DNA from: Hyphomicrobiales bacterium
GTDB lineage: Bacteria; Pseudomonadota; Alphaproteobacteria; Rhizobiales; Methyloligellaceae
Length of the DNA: 64,000 bases
Direction: 5' to 3'
NCBI GenBank assembly: GCA_965228625.1
Contig: OZ245829.1
Span: 615,137 to 679,136, forward strand
Positions 48,934 to 58,117 of the stretch are shown here, piece by piece (the first letter of the stretch is position 1; each line of letters begins with the position of its first letter). Under the pieces are notes generated by a model. That model made no database searches and had not been told where the DNA came from. It saw only the letters and a list, made by a program, of their open reading frames with translations. A program made the translations under genes and the position numbers.

Positions 48934-49188
48934 GCGCGGTGCGCGTGAGCGGAAAATGTCACCTGACCGTAACGGAGTGAATATGAACAAGCAGCTTCCG
49001 CCGGAGCGCGTTTTTCGCTGAAATCCGCGCCTTTCAGGGTCGCCTGACGTGCGGACTGCCGTCATGTAACAGTGATCACGCTGAATTTTGGACCGGAATG
49101 AAACCATTCGGCGCCGGCATCCGTTCGCGCGCGCTCATCCGTGATGGACGTGTGTTTTTGATGCTTCCGGAGGCGTCCGGCTGACGGT

Positions 49189-49319
49189 TCACCCGGCCGA
49201 TACTACGGCTCGCGGGACCCCCGGTTGTCCGATTTCACATTCGAGCGCTTCGCGGTCCCAGCCTCCGGTGTTGGCGGCGGCCCCATAGGTCGAGGTGAGG
49301 AACTGCAGAAGCGCGGCCG
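49189..49319 (-). pseudogene. relic of the 3' end of a second DUF5996 gene
   Basis: About 131 bp align by eye with the 3' end of the intact gene at 50399-50529. Encodes ...ALLQFLTSTYGAAANTGGWDREALECEIGQPGVPRAVVSAG versus ...ALLQFLISTYEAAASTGGWDREALECEIGRPGVPRAVVSAV. Similarity stops abruptly upstream. Confidence 0.6.
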
Positions 49320-49377
49320 GCGCCGAGGTCATCGACGTGACGGGTGGGCGACCGCGTCGCCGGCCTTGAGACATGCG

Positions 49378-50316
49378 CTAGCGGCCGCGCGTCTGGATCG
49401 GCGGCAGTACACGTTCGATCTGATCCCGTTTGTCTTCGTGCTGCGGCGGCAGTTTGAGCGCGTGGCCGAGTTCGTCAATTGGTTCGTCCACCGCGAATCC
49501 GGGTGGATCGGTCGCAATCTCGAACAGGACGCCGCCCGGCTCACGAAAGTAGATCGACTTGAAGTACTGACGGTCTATCACGGGCGTGACGTCCAGGCCG
49601 AACTCCCTGACCCGTTCGCGCCACTGCGACAAAGCGCCTTCGTCCTCGGCCCGAAACGCCACGTGATGGATGGTGCCGCTTCCCTGTCTGCCTATCGACT
49701 GACCATTGGGGTGCACCAGATCCACGTGCGTGCCCTGCCCGTTGGTATGTGCGGTGAAGCGCTGCCGCAGCCCGGCCGGTTCAACTGTTTCCGGCCCCTG
49801 CCGGTAGCCGAACAGGTCAGTCATGAGCCGCGCCGTGGGCTCGGTGTTGTTCAGTAGAAGCGTGACAGAGTGAAATCCGGCGACAGTCGGGCCGTTCGCC
49901 CGAAGACTGTCCGCGCTCGCCGTCTCGATGAGTTCGATCGCAAAACGGTCGGGATCGTGCACGGTGATGAATTGCTCGCCAAACCTGCCGTCCGGTCCAT
50001 CGAAATCGTGCCCCGCTTCGGCAAGATACGCCATCCACGTCTCTAACCCGCCCGGCCGCACGGCATACGCAACGGTGCTCGCCATTCCGTGGCCGGCGCG
50101 CCCGGGTGCGGCGTCGGCGAAGGGAAAGAACGTCAGGATCGATCCGGGAGTACCTGCCTCGTCCCCGTAATAGAGATGATAAGTGTCAGGCGCATCGAAA
50201 TTGACAGTCTTCTTTACCAGCCGCTGCTTCAGGACACCGACATAAAAATCGACATTGTCCTGGGGCGGCCCCGAAATCGCCGTGACGTGATGCAGACCGG
50301 AAATCGTGCTGCTCAT
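49378..50316 (-). CDS. ring-cleaving dioxygenase, two-domain VOC (glyoxalase/extradiol) family
   Basis: MSSTISGLHHVTAISG...NVDFY...LG...VK.TVNFD.P..YHLYYGD signature. Confidence 0.8.
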   Translation of the reverse strand: MSSTISGLHHVTAISGPPQDNVDFYVGVLKQRLVKKTVNFDAPDTYHLYYGDEAGTPGSILTFFPFADAAPGRAGHGMASTVAYAVRPGGLETWMAYLAEAGHDFDGPDGRFGEQFITVHDPDRFAIELIETASADSLRANGPTVAGFHSVTLLLNNTEPTARLMTDLFGYRQGPETVEPAGLRQRFTAHTNGQGTHVDLVHPNGQSIGRQGSGTIHHVAFRAEDEGALSQWRERVREFGLDVTPVIDRQYFKSIYFREPGGVLFEIATDPPGFAVDEPIDELGHALKLPPQHEDKRDQIERVLPPIQTRGR

Positions 50317-50398
50317 TTCATGAATCCCGTGTCACAGTTTTCCATTTCGACTTTCCATTTCGACGCGCCTGTGCACGCCGTGGTGGCCGCCGGCGCGC

Positions 50399-51367
50399 TC
50401 ACACAGCCGATACGACTGCCCGCGGGACCCCCGGTCGTCCGATTTCACACTCCAACGCTTCGCGGTCCCAGCCTCCGGTGCTGGCGGCAGCCTCATAGGT
50501 TGAGATCAGGAACTGCAGAAGCGCGGCCGCCGGATCGTCTGAAGTGCGCACCGCTTCGTAAGGCAGCAGAAACTCGCCCAGAGTGTCGTCGAACCTCGCA
50601 CCCGCAGGCCCGACCTTTTGATCCTTGAAATCCTCCGGTGTCGCGTAGGCATAGGAATAGAACATGGCCTCATCGACCCCGTTTCCGCCCGGCCAGAACC
50701 CGGCGGAGGAAACCTCGTGACTGTACGCTTCCTGCGTGACGCTGTCCGGGAGGTGCGGAATGCCGCCGGGATGCAGAGGCGCAGGCCGCCCCGAGAACCG
50801 CGTCACGGCCAGATCGAACGCGCCCCAGAACAGGTGAACCGGGCTGACCTTGCCGACAAAGCCGGTGCGAAAGTGCTGAAACACGCGTTCGATTTGCAAT
50901 AGCGCGCGATGAAGTTTCTCCACGGCTTCGGCATCGTAGGGCCGTTCCTGCGTGTCCTCGGCGAACGGAACGGGGTCGGGCATTTCGTTCGGTACGCCGT
51001 GAATTTTTGGGGTACCGCCGACCGCGGAGATGAGGCGGCGGGTGCGATCCAGGAACTCCGCGACACTCATCGCTTTCAGGCCGAAACTCTCCTCCGCACC
51101 GTTATCAGCCCGCGCAATCAGCCTGTGGTCGATCACGTCGAAATCAAGCGAGATCTCTCGGGAAGGATCGGGCACCGGCCCGGTCGTCAGTCCCCTCGGC
51201 GTCACATAAAACGTCGCATGCCAGGAATGGTTGACCCATGGCGTATGGGCGAGACGGTATTTCCCGACGACCTGCGACCACAAGTGAAGTGCCGTCCCCG
51301 TCTCACGCCACGCCTTGTAGTTGAGAACGGGCCATTCATTGCTCAAAGTGAATTTGTCGCCGCTCAT
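50399..51367 (-). CDS. DUF5996 family protein
   Basis: SD GGGAGG. W..T...LHLWSQVVGKYRLA..PW.NHSWH..FYVT.RGLTT pattern recognised as DUF5996. Confidence 0.7.
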   Translation of the reverse strand: MSGDKFTLSNEWPVLNYKAWRETGTALHLWSQVVGKYRLAHTPWVNHSWHATFYVTPRGLTTGPVPDPSREISLDFDVIDHRLIARADNGAEESFGLKAMSVAEFLDRTRRLISAVGGTPKIHGVPNEMPDPVPFAEDTQERPYDAEAVEKLHRALLQIERVFQHFRTGFVGKVSPVHLFWGAFDLAVTRFSGRPAPLHPGGIPHLPDSVTQEAYSHEVSSAGFWPGGNGVDEAMFYSYAYATPEDFKDQKVGPAGARFDDTLGEFLLPYEAVRTSDDPAAALLQFLISTYEAAASTGGWDREALECEIGRPGVPRAVVSAV

Positions 51368-51576
51368 TCGCCAGCCTCCCGCCGTCCTTGCGTGGTCCCG
51401 GTTCGATACGGACCGAAACCGGTAACCGGATCAGTCAATCAAGCGAAAGCAGGAATAGCGAATGTCATGAATTAAATCGCGGACATAGATTAATTCGATG
51501 TCAAAGATAGAAACGGCTCGAAACTTTGCGAAACTAACATCGATGACCGCCAAGTAGACCAGAAACGAAAGGAAAC

Positions 51577-52068
51577 ATGATGAGTTCTATCGCAAAGACC
51601 ACAGCTATCCTGGGCATCGCGACACTTGCCATGGGCGGGCTTGCCCAAGCCAGCGATGTTCGCACCCCCGTCTATCCGAAAGGCGCGAAACCGATCGCGC
51701 CGTATTCGCCGGGGATCAAACTGTCAAACGGGCTGCTCTTCGTTTCCGGCCAGATTCCCTATGTCGACGGCGCCATTCCGGAACATGCCAGTGACGGCAA
51801 GGATGACATGGCCGATCAGACGAAAATCGTCATGGAGAATCTGCGAACTGTTCTCAGCGAAGCCGGCTACACCTTCGACGACGCCGTCCGCGTTACCGTG
51901 TTCATGACCGACATGAAGAACTACGGCGCGTTCAACAAGGTCTATGGAACGTACTGGGGCGAAGGAAAGACACCCCCGGCGCGTGCCGCCGTCGAGGTTG
52001 GCGAGCTCCCTGGCAGCAAGCCCAATGCCCCGGTGCTCGTGGAAGTTTCGATGATCGCCGCGAAGTAA
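51577..52068 (+). CDS. RidA/YjgF family protein with N-terminal signal peptide
   Basis: MMSSIAKTTAILGIATLAMGGLAQA/SD then YSPGIK..GLLFVSGQIP...ARAAVEV. SD GAAAGGAAA. Confidence 0.8.
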   Translation: MMSSIAKTTAILGIATLAMGGLAQASDVRTPVYPKGAKPIAPYSPGIKLSNGLLFVSGQIPYVDGAIPEHASDGKDDMADQTKIVMENLRTVLSEAGYTFDDAVRVTVFMTDMKNYGAFNKVYGTYWGEGKTPPARAAVEVGELPGSKPNAPVLVEVSMIAAK

Positions 52069-52134
52069 CCCGGCACGCGCGCGCGTGATGGACGTCGGCG
52101 TGCTGACGCGACCGGCGGCTGAATGTGCAACCCT

Positions 52135-52176
52135 CAAAACGACTCAAGCCGCCCACCCCGAAGGATGAACGGCTTG
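52135..52176 (-). terminator. rho-independent-type terminator of cassette B (minus strand)
   Basis: 14-bp stem 52145-52158/52163-52176. Three positions pair only as G-U in the minus-strand RNA. Covaries with copy A (GAGCCG/CGGCUC versus CAAGCCG/CGGCUUG). Confidence 0.5.
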
Positions 52177-52277
52177 AACGACGGGAAAGATGTCGTCAGT
52201 TCCTGGGGTCGAGACGGGCCGTCCGATTTCGAAACAACCGGCCCGCCTCAACTCCCAAAGCAACCCTGAAGGACTGC

Positions 52278-52397
52278 TTAGTTGCCGACCAGCGACTGGA
52301 TGTACCAGAACTTGTCCGCCTTGCTCAGGGCATATGCGGCATTGGTCATGACAAACGCGGAAGCGGTCAACGTGAGAGCTGTGAGGGTGGTCTTCAT
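52278..52397 (-). CDS. 39-aa secreted mini-protein, copy B (Ala11Thr relative to copy A)
   Basis: Same frame, SD and stop as copy A. The only differences are one synonymous Gly codon and one Ala/Thr change in the signal peptide. Confidence 0.6.
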   Translation of the reverse strand: MKTTLTALTLTASAFVMTNAAYALSKADKFWYIQSLVGN

Positions 52398-52542
52398 GAG
52401 ATGTACTCCTTCGATCTTTTCCATTCACATTCACATCACCGGCTCTAGGCGGTTGGGAGGAAGCCCGCCGGCGTGCCCTAACATTTGGGAAGGGCCGGCA
52501 CGGAAAGAAGGACATCTCGCGGGCGTGTCATAATTGTTGTCC
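52398..52542 (-). promoter_or_regulatory. 145-nt structured 5' leader of mini-protein gene B
   Basis: Identical to 48789-48933. Confidence 0.4.
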
Positions 52543-52749
52543 CGCCGATGCGTTGAAGCGAAAAAGCGTACCTGGAAGACAAGAAATGGAAACGGCCGCG
52601 CGAATTCTGTGAGTGCATTTTTTGGCTGAAAACAGAGCGGTGCAGAGGGTTCGTCCGCGCAGATTAACGTCACGTAATGGACATCACGCTGTTTTTGGGA
52701 TTGCGAGTGCAACCATTCGGCACCGGCATCCGTTCGCGCCACTTGTGCG

Positions 52750-53709
52750 CTAGATTCCGTCCGGCACCGTCTCGCCGGCATCCTGGAGTTTGGCTCGAAG
52801 CCTCTCGAACAGGGCTTCAAGTTCTCTCGTATCATCGGCGTCCATGGCCGGGCCCGGAGCGCGGGCGAGCGGACAGGAGAGCGCGCCAAGCCGCCTCAGC
52901 GACTCTTTCCTGAGTGCCAGACCGAAACCGAACTGCTGTTCATGCCGGATCAACGGCAGGTAGAGATCGAACAAGTCCTCGGCCGCGTCGGCCTTCCCCG
53001 CGGCGAACAGCTCGTAAACCTTGACCAGCGCGCCAATGAAGGCAAACCCGGTCATGATGCCGTCGGCGCCACGATGCAGCTCCTGCGGGACGTAAAGCCC
53101 CCCATTGCCCGTCAGGATCGAAACACGGCGCACGCCCTGCGTATCCGGCGCGTTGCGGAGCGCCGTCAGCTTGCGGTGTCCCGGGCAGTCCTCGTGCTTG
53201 AACATCTTGATGCGCGGATGATCGCTGATCAGCTTGTTGATCACGCCGTTGGAGAAATAAACCGTGGTCGTAGGCGGGTAGTCCTGCAGGCATACGGGCG
53301 TCGCATCGTCGAGCCCGGACATCACCTTGTCGAAATATGCCAGCACCTGCTCGTCGGTCTTCAGACCGCCGATGCCGGCGATCATCACACCGGCCGCGCC
53401 CGCATCCATCGACGCCTTCGACAACGCAACCAGATTATCGATCCCGGGATTGGAGACTCCCACGATTGCAGGAACGCGTCCGCCGACACGTTTGATGTAA
53501 CGCTGCATGAGCCGGGTCTGCTCGGAATCTGTCAGCTTCGGCGCCTCGCCCATCACGCCAAGGACCGTCATACCGTGCACGCCCTGGCCGATATAAAAGT
53601 CCGTCAGGCTGTCGACGCTGTCGAAATCGACCGCACCCGTCTCGGTGAACGGCGTCGCCGCGATGACGTAAACCCCTTTCGCCGTCTCATCCAACACTTC
53701 GGTTCCCAT
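52750..53709 (-). CDS. dihydrodipicolinate synthase / N-acetylneuraminate lyase family protein
   Basis: ...TPFTE.G.VDF.S...L..F.I..GV.G..VLG.MGE...L...E pattern, 319 aa. Confidence 0.8.
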   Translation of the reverse strand: MGTEVLDETAKGVYVIAATPFTETGAVDFDSVDSLTDFYIGQGVHGMTVLGVMGEAPKLTDSEQTRLMQRYIKRVGGRVPAIVGVSNPGIDNLVALSKASMDAGAAGVMIAGIGGLKTDEQVLAYFDKVMSGLDDATPVCLQDYPPTTTVYFSNGVINKLISDHPRIKMFKHEDCPGHRKLTALRNAPDTQGVRRVSILTGNGGLYVPQELHRGADGIMTGFAFIGALVKVYELFAAGKADAAEDLFDLYLPLIRHEQQFGFGLALRKESLRRLGALSCPLARAPGPAMDADDTRELEALFERLRAKLQDAGETVPDGI

Positions 53710-53829
53710 GCTTTGGTTTCGCTCCCTGCTTTCGAGTTGCTTTCATGCCCTTCGCCCGTCGGCACCGCACCCGGTGTCGTCGCGCCGGTTTTCGCACAGA
53801 TTGCACGATATGCTCGAGACGTTTGCCGA

Positions 53830-55440
53830 CTAGCTGGCGCTGCAGCGTTGTCTGTTCTTGTCTACGACGAGTGTCTCCAGCTCCACAGGCAATGCTCCCT
53901 TCCATGGCGTGTGAAATGGAACGGCGACCTCGGTCTCATTGATCGGGTCGGAGAACAGCGGCGCCTTTTTTCGCACACCCTCTACAAAGTTCACCATGAT
54001 TTGCTTGATACGCTTTTCGCTGGAGCGCCAAGGTTCTTTGTCTGTGGCACCAAATGTTCTGCCAAGGTCCTTTGAACCGAAATGGAGGACGTAGCCCGAG
54101 CCTGGCGTGCGTTGCATCACGGACATTGTGCCGAGCGTGTGTCCCACTCGATGACCAAGCTCGAATCCCAGTATTTCGTACTTGTACGCTCCAATCCTCT
54201 GCCGGTCGGGAACGGGAAGGCCCAGAGAATCGAAACCAATCAGGGGCGCACCGTCCCACTCCCTCGTTGCGAGTAGCGGCAAACAATCAAAACGCGTCAG
54301 GCCGGTGCCCTTGAACAGAGGATGGTTGGGCTGGGTGATAATGTAGCCACCCCAGCCCTTGGCCTCCTTTGGCCTGCGGAATTTCCCAAATCCACCCTTC
54401 TTGAAGTCGGCGCCCGTGCTTCGGTAAATCGGATAGTCCAGTCGCTTCTGGTGCCAGTTCGTCGTCTCAAGGGGCGTGCGCGCCAACGGATCGTTATGTA
54501 TCGAGCCGGTCTTGTACGATACCAGTACCGACCGGTCATCTCCCTCATATCGTGCCTGCCACCAAAGGGCGTTCCCGCCGGCGATGATCACGTGACCGCC
54601 GCGTGCAACAAAACCGTCGAAGGTCTCGCGGGCGCGCCGTGTCCAGTACTCGGGATGTCCGACGACCATCAGGACGTCAATTCCATCGAGGACTCTTGGA
54701 TCGTCCATCTCCCAGTCCGTCAGAAATGTAATGTTGGTTTCTTCACCGAATGGCTTGTCATTCGCGACCCACTTGACCAGTGGCAGCCACAAGACGGAAT
54801 GCGACCTGTGCATTGGCCTGTAGAAAGAGACTTTCGGAACGCGCACGGGATGAGAGTAGAGGCTCCGTCCAAGGGTTGTGGCGTAGGCATTGAAGGTATT
54901 TGTCCCGATCAGAATCGCGATATTCCTGCAGCACGCATTCTGGTTCGGGGGAAGCGCTTCCCGCTTCAGGGAATGCTCGTCATTCAGGACAAAGAACAGG
55001 TATGGCGAGTCGGCAACAAAATACAATCCGGGGCCGAATGTCGATGTATCGATCTTTGCCGTGACGTCGAAACCCGCACCGTCCAACCATGGCTTCAAGC
55101 CTTTGTACTCCTGCCGCCTCAGTGCTACGGGGGGCGTCAAGTGACGCGTGTCGCCATGCACGTCGGTGATTGCGAGGCGACGGAGTTGCGTTCTGATGTT
55201 TTGAGCGCTCAAAGCGAGCCCGAGCGTATCGCCAACATTTGCGCTCCACCCGGGTGCGACTATTTCCCCGTCCGGAGACAATTTGACAATGTAACCTTCG
55301 GCAATATCCTCACCGCTGACAGGAAAGTACTTCTCTGATACGGAAACTGCGCGCCATACCGCGAAGCACACGATCAAAATGACCGCAAAACTCAAACTCC
55401 ACGCCCCGGCCAGGCGCACAAAGGTGCCTTTCTCGCTCAT
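53830..55440 (-). CDS. membrane-anchored protein with N,N-dimethylformamidase beta-subunit-like (class I glutamine amidotransferase-fold) C-terminal domain
   Basis: N-terminal TM (LAGAWSLSFAVILIVCFAVW). IAILIGTNTFNAYATTLGRSLY and VVGHPEYWTRRARETFDGFVARGGHVIIAGGNALWWQARYE resemble DMFase large-subunit C-domain homologues. Lower GC than flanks. Confidence 0.5.
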   Translation of the reverse strand: MSEKGTFVRLAGAWSLSFAVILIVCFAVWRAVSVSEKYFPVSGEDIAEGYIVKLSPDGEIVAPGWSANVGDTLGLALSAQNIRTQLRRLAITDVHGDTRHLTPPVALRRQEYKGLKPWLDGAGFDVTAKIDTSTFGPGLYFVADSPYLFFVLNDEHSLKREALPPNQNACCRNIAILIGTNTFNAYATTLGRSLYSHPVRVPKVSFYRPMHRSHSVLWLPLVKWVANDKPFGEETNITFLTDWEMDDPRVLDGIDVLMVVGHPEYWTRRARETFDGFVARGGHVIIAGGNALWWQARYEGDDRSVLVSYKTGSIHNDPLARTPLETTNWHQKRLDYPIYRSTGADFKKGGFGKFRRPKEAKGWGGYIITQPNHPLFKGTGLTRFDCLPLLATREWDGAPLIGFDSLGLPVPDRQRIGAYKYEILGFELGHRVGHTLGTMSVMQRTPGSGYVLHFGSKDLGRTFGATDKEPWRSSEKRIKQIMVNFVEGVRKKAPLFSDPINETEVAVPFHTPWKGALPVELETLVVDKNRQRCSAS

Positions 55441-55573
55441 CAGCAGATACTTCTAGACCATGAAAAGTGGGGTTGAGATTGGTCGTACGGTCAGAATTCT
55501 TGGAGTGCAATCGAACTCAGACTTAAGCCTATCGTCTTTGTCAGGCGAATCAACTTTTGTACCGGACGTCTAG

Positions 55574-57067
55574 ATGGCGAAGCGTCATCCAGGTCATAAC
55601 TGCGCATCGATCGTGTCGGGCGCCCTTCTCGGGCATGGCGCGAAACACGCAATTTCGTGCGAGGGTGACGCCTACACGCGCGAAGAATTCCTGCGTGAGA
55701 TTGCGACAAGGCGGGCGCACTTTCGTCACAACGATGTCGGTCGCGACACCCGCGTCATTCTCGTCTCCGGACGCGGCTCGAAATTCTGGGCCGACTTCGT
55801 TGCGTTGTGGTCGCTTGGTGCTGTCGCCATTCCATTGGATCCAACGATAGACGAACGCCACGCAAGCGAGATCTCTCGCGCAGCCCGTCCAACGCATATC
55901 ATCGGAGAATTCAAGGTTCCGCCTGCAGCTCTCGACGGCCTGAAACAAATCGGCGAGCCCGAAGAAGACGTCGAGGGCGACCGGGACCCTTATGGCGGCA
56001 TCGAAATTGAACCGGTGGAGCCAGGTGAACTGGCCGGTCTCTTCTTCACCTCAGGATCGACCGGCCTGCCCAAGGGCGTCATGATCCGTCACGAAATGCT
56101 TGTCGCGAACATGTACGCGACACAGGCTCGGGTGAACCTGCTGCGCTCCGACAAACTCTTCATGGCGATCCCTTTCCGGTTCATCTCCTCGATCTCGCAT
56201 TTTCTGGTGACAATCCTCTCAGGAGCGAGCTTTGTCGCGACCGAACGGAACCTCATGCCCAAGGCCTTCATACAGGCGCTGCATTCCGCCGACATCACCG
56301 CATTCGGCGGGTCTCCGTTGCAAGTGCGGTTGATCAGCAGCGCGCCGAAGGACATGTTTCCGCGCCTGCGCTGGATCATGTCATCCGGGGACCATCTGTC
56401 CGAGGAGATCATCGAGGCGATGCGCCGGGCGCGTCCTGAGGTCGATATCAATACCGTGTACGGCCTGACAGAGTTGGCCGGACGGTTCTGCATGCTCCCG
56501 CCGGAACAGATCGACGCCAAAAAAGGGTCCGTCGGCCGTCCGATTCCCGGCCTCGCCGTGATCGTGCTCGATGACGACGGGCGACAGTGCGGCACCGGTG
56601 AGATTGGCCATGTCTACGCGCAAGGCGTGTGCTGTCTCGAGGGTTACATCGGCAACGAGGCGGCGACGCGCAAAGCCGTGACGCCGCATGGATTTCGCAC
56701 CGGCGATATGGGCATGCTCGACGAAGACGGTGATCTGTTCCTTGCGGGGCGATCGGACAGCGTGTTCAAGCGCTCCGGCCTCAAGGTCTCGTGCATTCCG
56801 ATCGCAGACGAACTCATGAAGCTCGACGCGTTTGCCGACGTCGCGGTCTTGCCGCGCGACGATGATCTGGAGGGCGCTGTCCCGGTGGCTTACGTGGTCT
56901 TGAAAAACGAAAAAGAGGTTGATCGGTCCAACGTGCTAGGGGCGCTTCGCTCCCGACTGTCGCCCAAACATCTTCCGGCCGAGTTCATCGTTTTGGATGA
57001 GATTCCGCGAACACGTTCCGGCAAAGTCAAATCGCATGAACTTGCCAAAATGCCAAAGCCGAGTTAA
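55574..57067 (+). CDS. ANL-superfamily adenylating enzyme, DltA-like carrier-protein ligase
   Basis: 497 aa. FFTSGSTGLPKGV (A3), YGLTE (A5), RTGDMG...GRSDSVFKRSGLKV (A7/A8), PRTRSGKV (A10). Confidence 0.8.
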   Translation: MAKRHPGHNCASIVSGALLGHGAKHAISCEGDAYTREEFLREIATRRAHFRHNDVGRDTRVILVSGRGSKFWADFVALWSLGAVAIPLDPTIDERHASEISRAARPTHIIGEFKVPPAALDGLKQIGEPEEDVEGDRDPYGGIEIEPVEPGELAGLFFTSGSTGLPKGVMIRHEMLVANMYATQARVNLLRSDKLFMAIPFRFISSISHFLVTILSGASFVATERNLMPKAFIQALHSADITAFGGSPLQVRLISSAPKDMFPRLRWIMSSGDHLSEEIIEAMRRARPEVDINTVYGLTELAGRFCMLPPEQIDAKKGSVGRPIPGLAVIVLDDDGRQCGTGEIGHVYAQGVCCLEGYIGNEAATRKAVTPHGFRTGDMGMLDEDGDLFLAGRSDSVFKRSGLKVSCIPIADELMKLDAFADVAVLPRDDDLEGAVPVAYVVLKNEKEVDRSNVLGALRSRLSPKHLPAEFIVLDEIPRTRSGKVKSHELAKMPKPS

Positions 57068-57112
57068 CTGGCGGAGGCTCGGTCAGGCAATGCCAACGGT
57101 GTGCAACTTTCG

Positions 57113-58105
57113 ATGAAGAAGTTTTTCGGAGCAACTCTCGTCGTTTGCCTCGTTCTTGGCTTTCTGATCGTTCGCGGCGACAGCGCAGAGGTCAGATATC
57201 GCGGCTCGGACTGCAACTACTATCTGACATACGAGAACACCGGACCCATCAGTCTGGCGGGCTTTGGCGGCTCACGCATGCGGACGGCGTTTGACGCCGA
57301 CGACCTCGCGCGGATCCTGAGAGACAGCGGGCATCCCGAAGCAATTGTCTACAATGGCGGGCACAGCCATTACTCCATAGAGAAGGAGTATGTGCTGGTA
57401 CGCGACCTGTTGGAGACCCGGCAGGTGAAGACCGTGGTCGTGATGCTGCAACCCCGCGCGATGGACTACGCCCTCATCAGCCGTGATTTCAAATCCATCG
57501 CACGCGTTCGGGACATTCCGACCATTGTCAACGCGGTTGCCCATGAAAGCCTGGTCGAAGGCGTAGCCACATCTTTCAAGGTCCTCAGCGAAAGACTGAA
57601 GCTTCCCGAGCCCGTTCCGTCCTGTCACGACAAAAAGAATGCCAAACGAAGACTTTGCAAGGTCGCCGTTCATCGCGAAGATCCGACACGCAATTGCCAT
57701 CCGGGAGATTACAGAGCCGACCTTGATCGCCTTCTGGATGCAGAGAGTCGGGTGGAAAAGATGTCAACGCAGATCAGGGAATGGGACCCCACCTCCCTGG
57801 AAAACCGTTTCACTTTGCATTTCATCAAAAGAATCCAGTCGCTCGCCGCATCAAAGGACACTGCGGTGTTCTTTCTGTTCCTGTACCGGACAGGCAAGCC
57901 GTTCTTGCCGGACGGGTTGAGCGAGCGGTTCAAGATGGAAACAGGCGCGGAGCTTTTGATACCGCCCAGGGACATGGTCAGCCAGCTCGCAATCGATGGA
58001 CGACGAGATCCAACGCACATGAATTCAAAAGGGCGCGCGCTGTTCCTCCCCTGGATGATCGCCGAAATCAAATCCAGATGCCCCCGCGCTGACGGATGTC
58101 TCTAG
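57113..58105 (+). CDS. TM-anchored SGNH/DltD-like acyltransferase or esterase candidate
   Basis: Start at MKKFFGATLVVCLVLGFLIV. FGGSRM (block I-like Ser) near the N-terminus and DPTHM (D-x-x-H) near the C-terminus, in the order seen in SGNH/DltD. Confidence 0.45.
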   Translation: MKKFFGATLVVCLVLGFLIVRGDSAEVRYRGSDCNYYLTYENTGPISLAGFGGSRMRTAFDADDLARILRDSGHPEAIVYNGGHSHYSIEKEYVLVRDLLETRQVKTVVVMLQPRAMDYALISRDFKSIARVRDIPTIVNAVAHESLVEGVATSFKVLSERLKLPEPVPSCHDKKNAKRRLCKVAVHREDPTRNCHPGDYRADLDRLLDAESRVEKMSTQIREWDPTSLENRFTLHFIKRIQSLAASKDTAVFFLFLYRTGKPFLPDGLSERFKMETGAELLIPPRDMVSQLAIDGRRDPTHMNSKGRALFLPWMIAEIKSRCPRADGCL

Positions 58106-58117
58106 TCGGGTCGGAAA

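Larger units (their letters stand above)
48526..49130. repeat. direct repeat copy A (about 605 bp) of the mini-protein cassette
   Basis: Collinear with 52135-52739 at a constant offset of 3609 bp at both ends. Core 48660-48933 differs from 52269-52542 at only 2 positions. Confidence 0.85.
52135..52739. repeat. direct repeat copy B of the mini-protein cassette
   Basis: See copy A. Flanks are clearly more diverged than the 274-bp core. Confidence 0.85.

Noticed and set aside
48983-49021. 12-codon mini-ORF MNKQLPPERVFR with a GGAG upstream, in the region upstream of cassette A
   Set aside because: It is not conserved at the equivalent position of copy B, which reads METAARIL there, so it is probably fortuitous.
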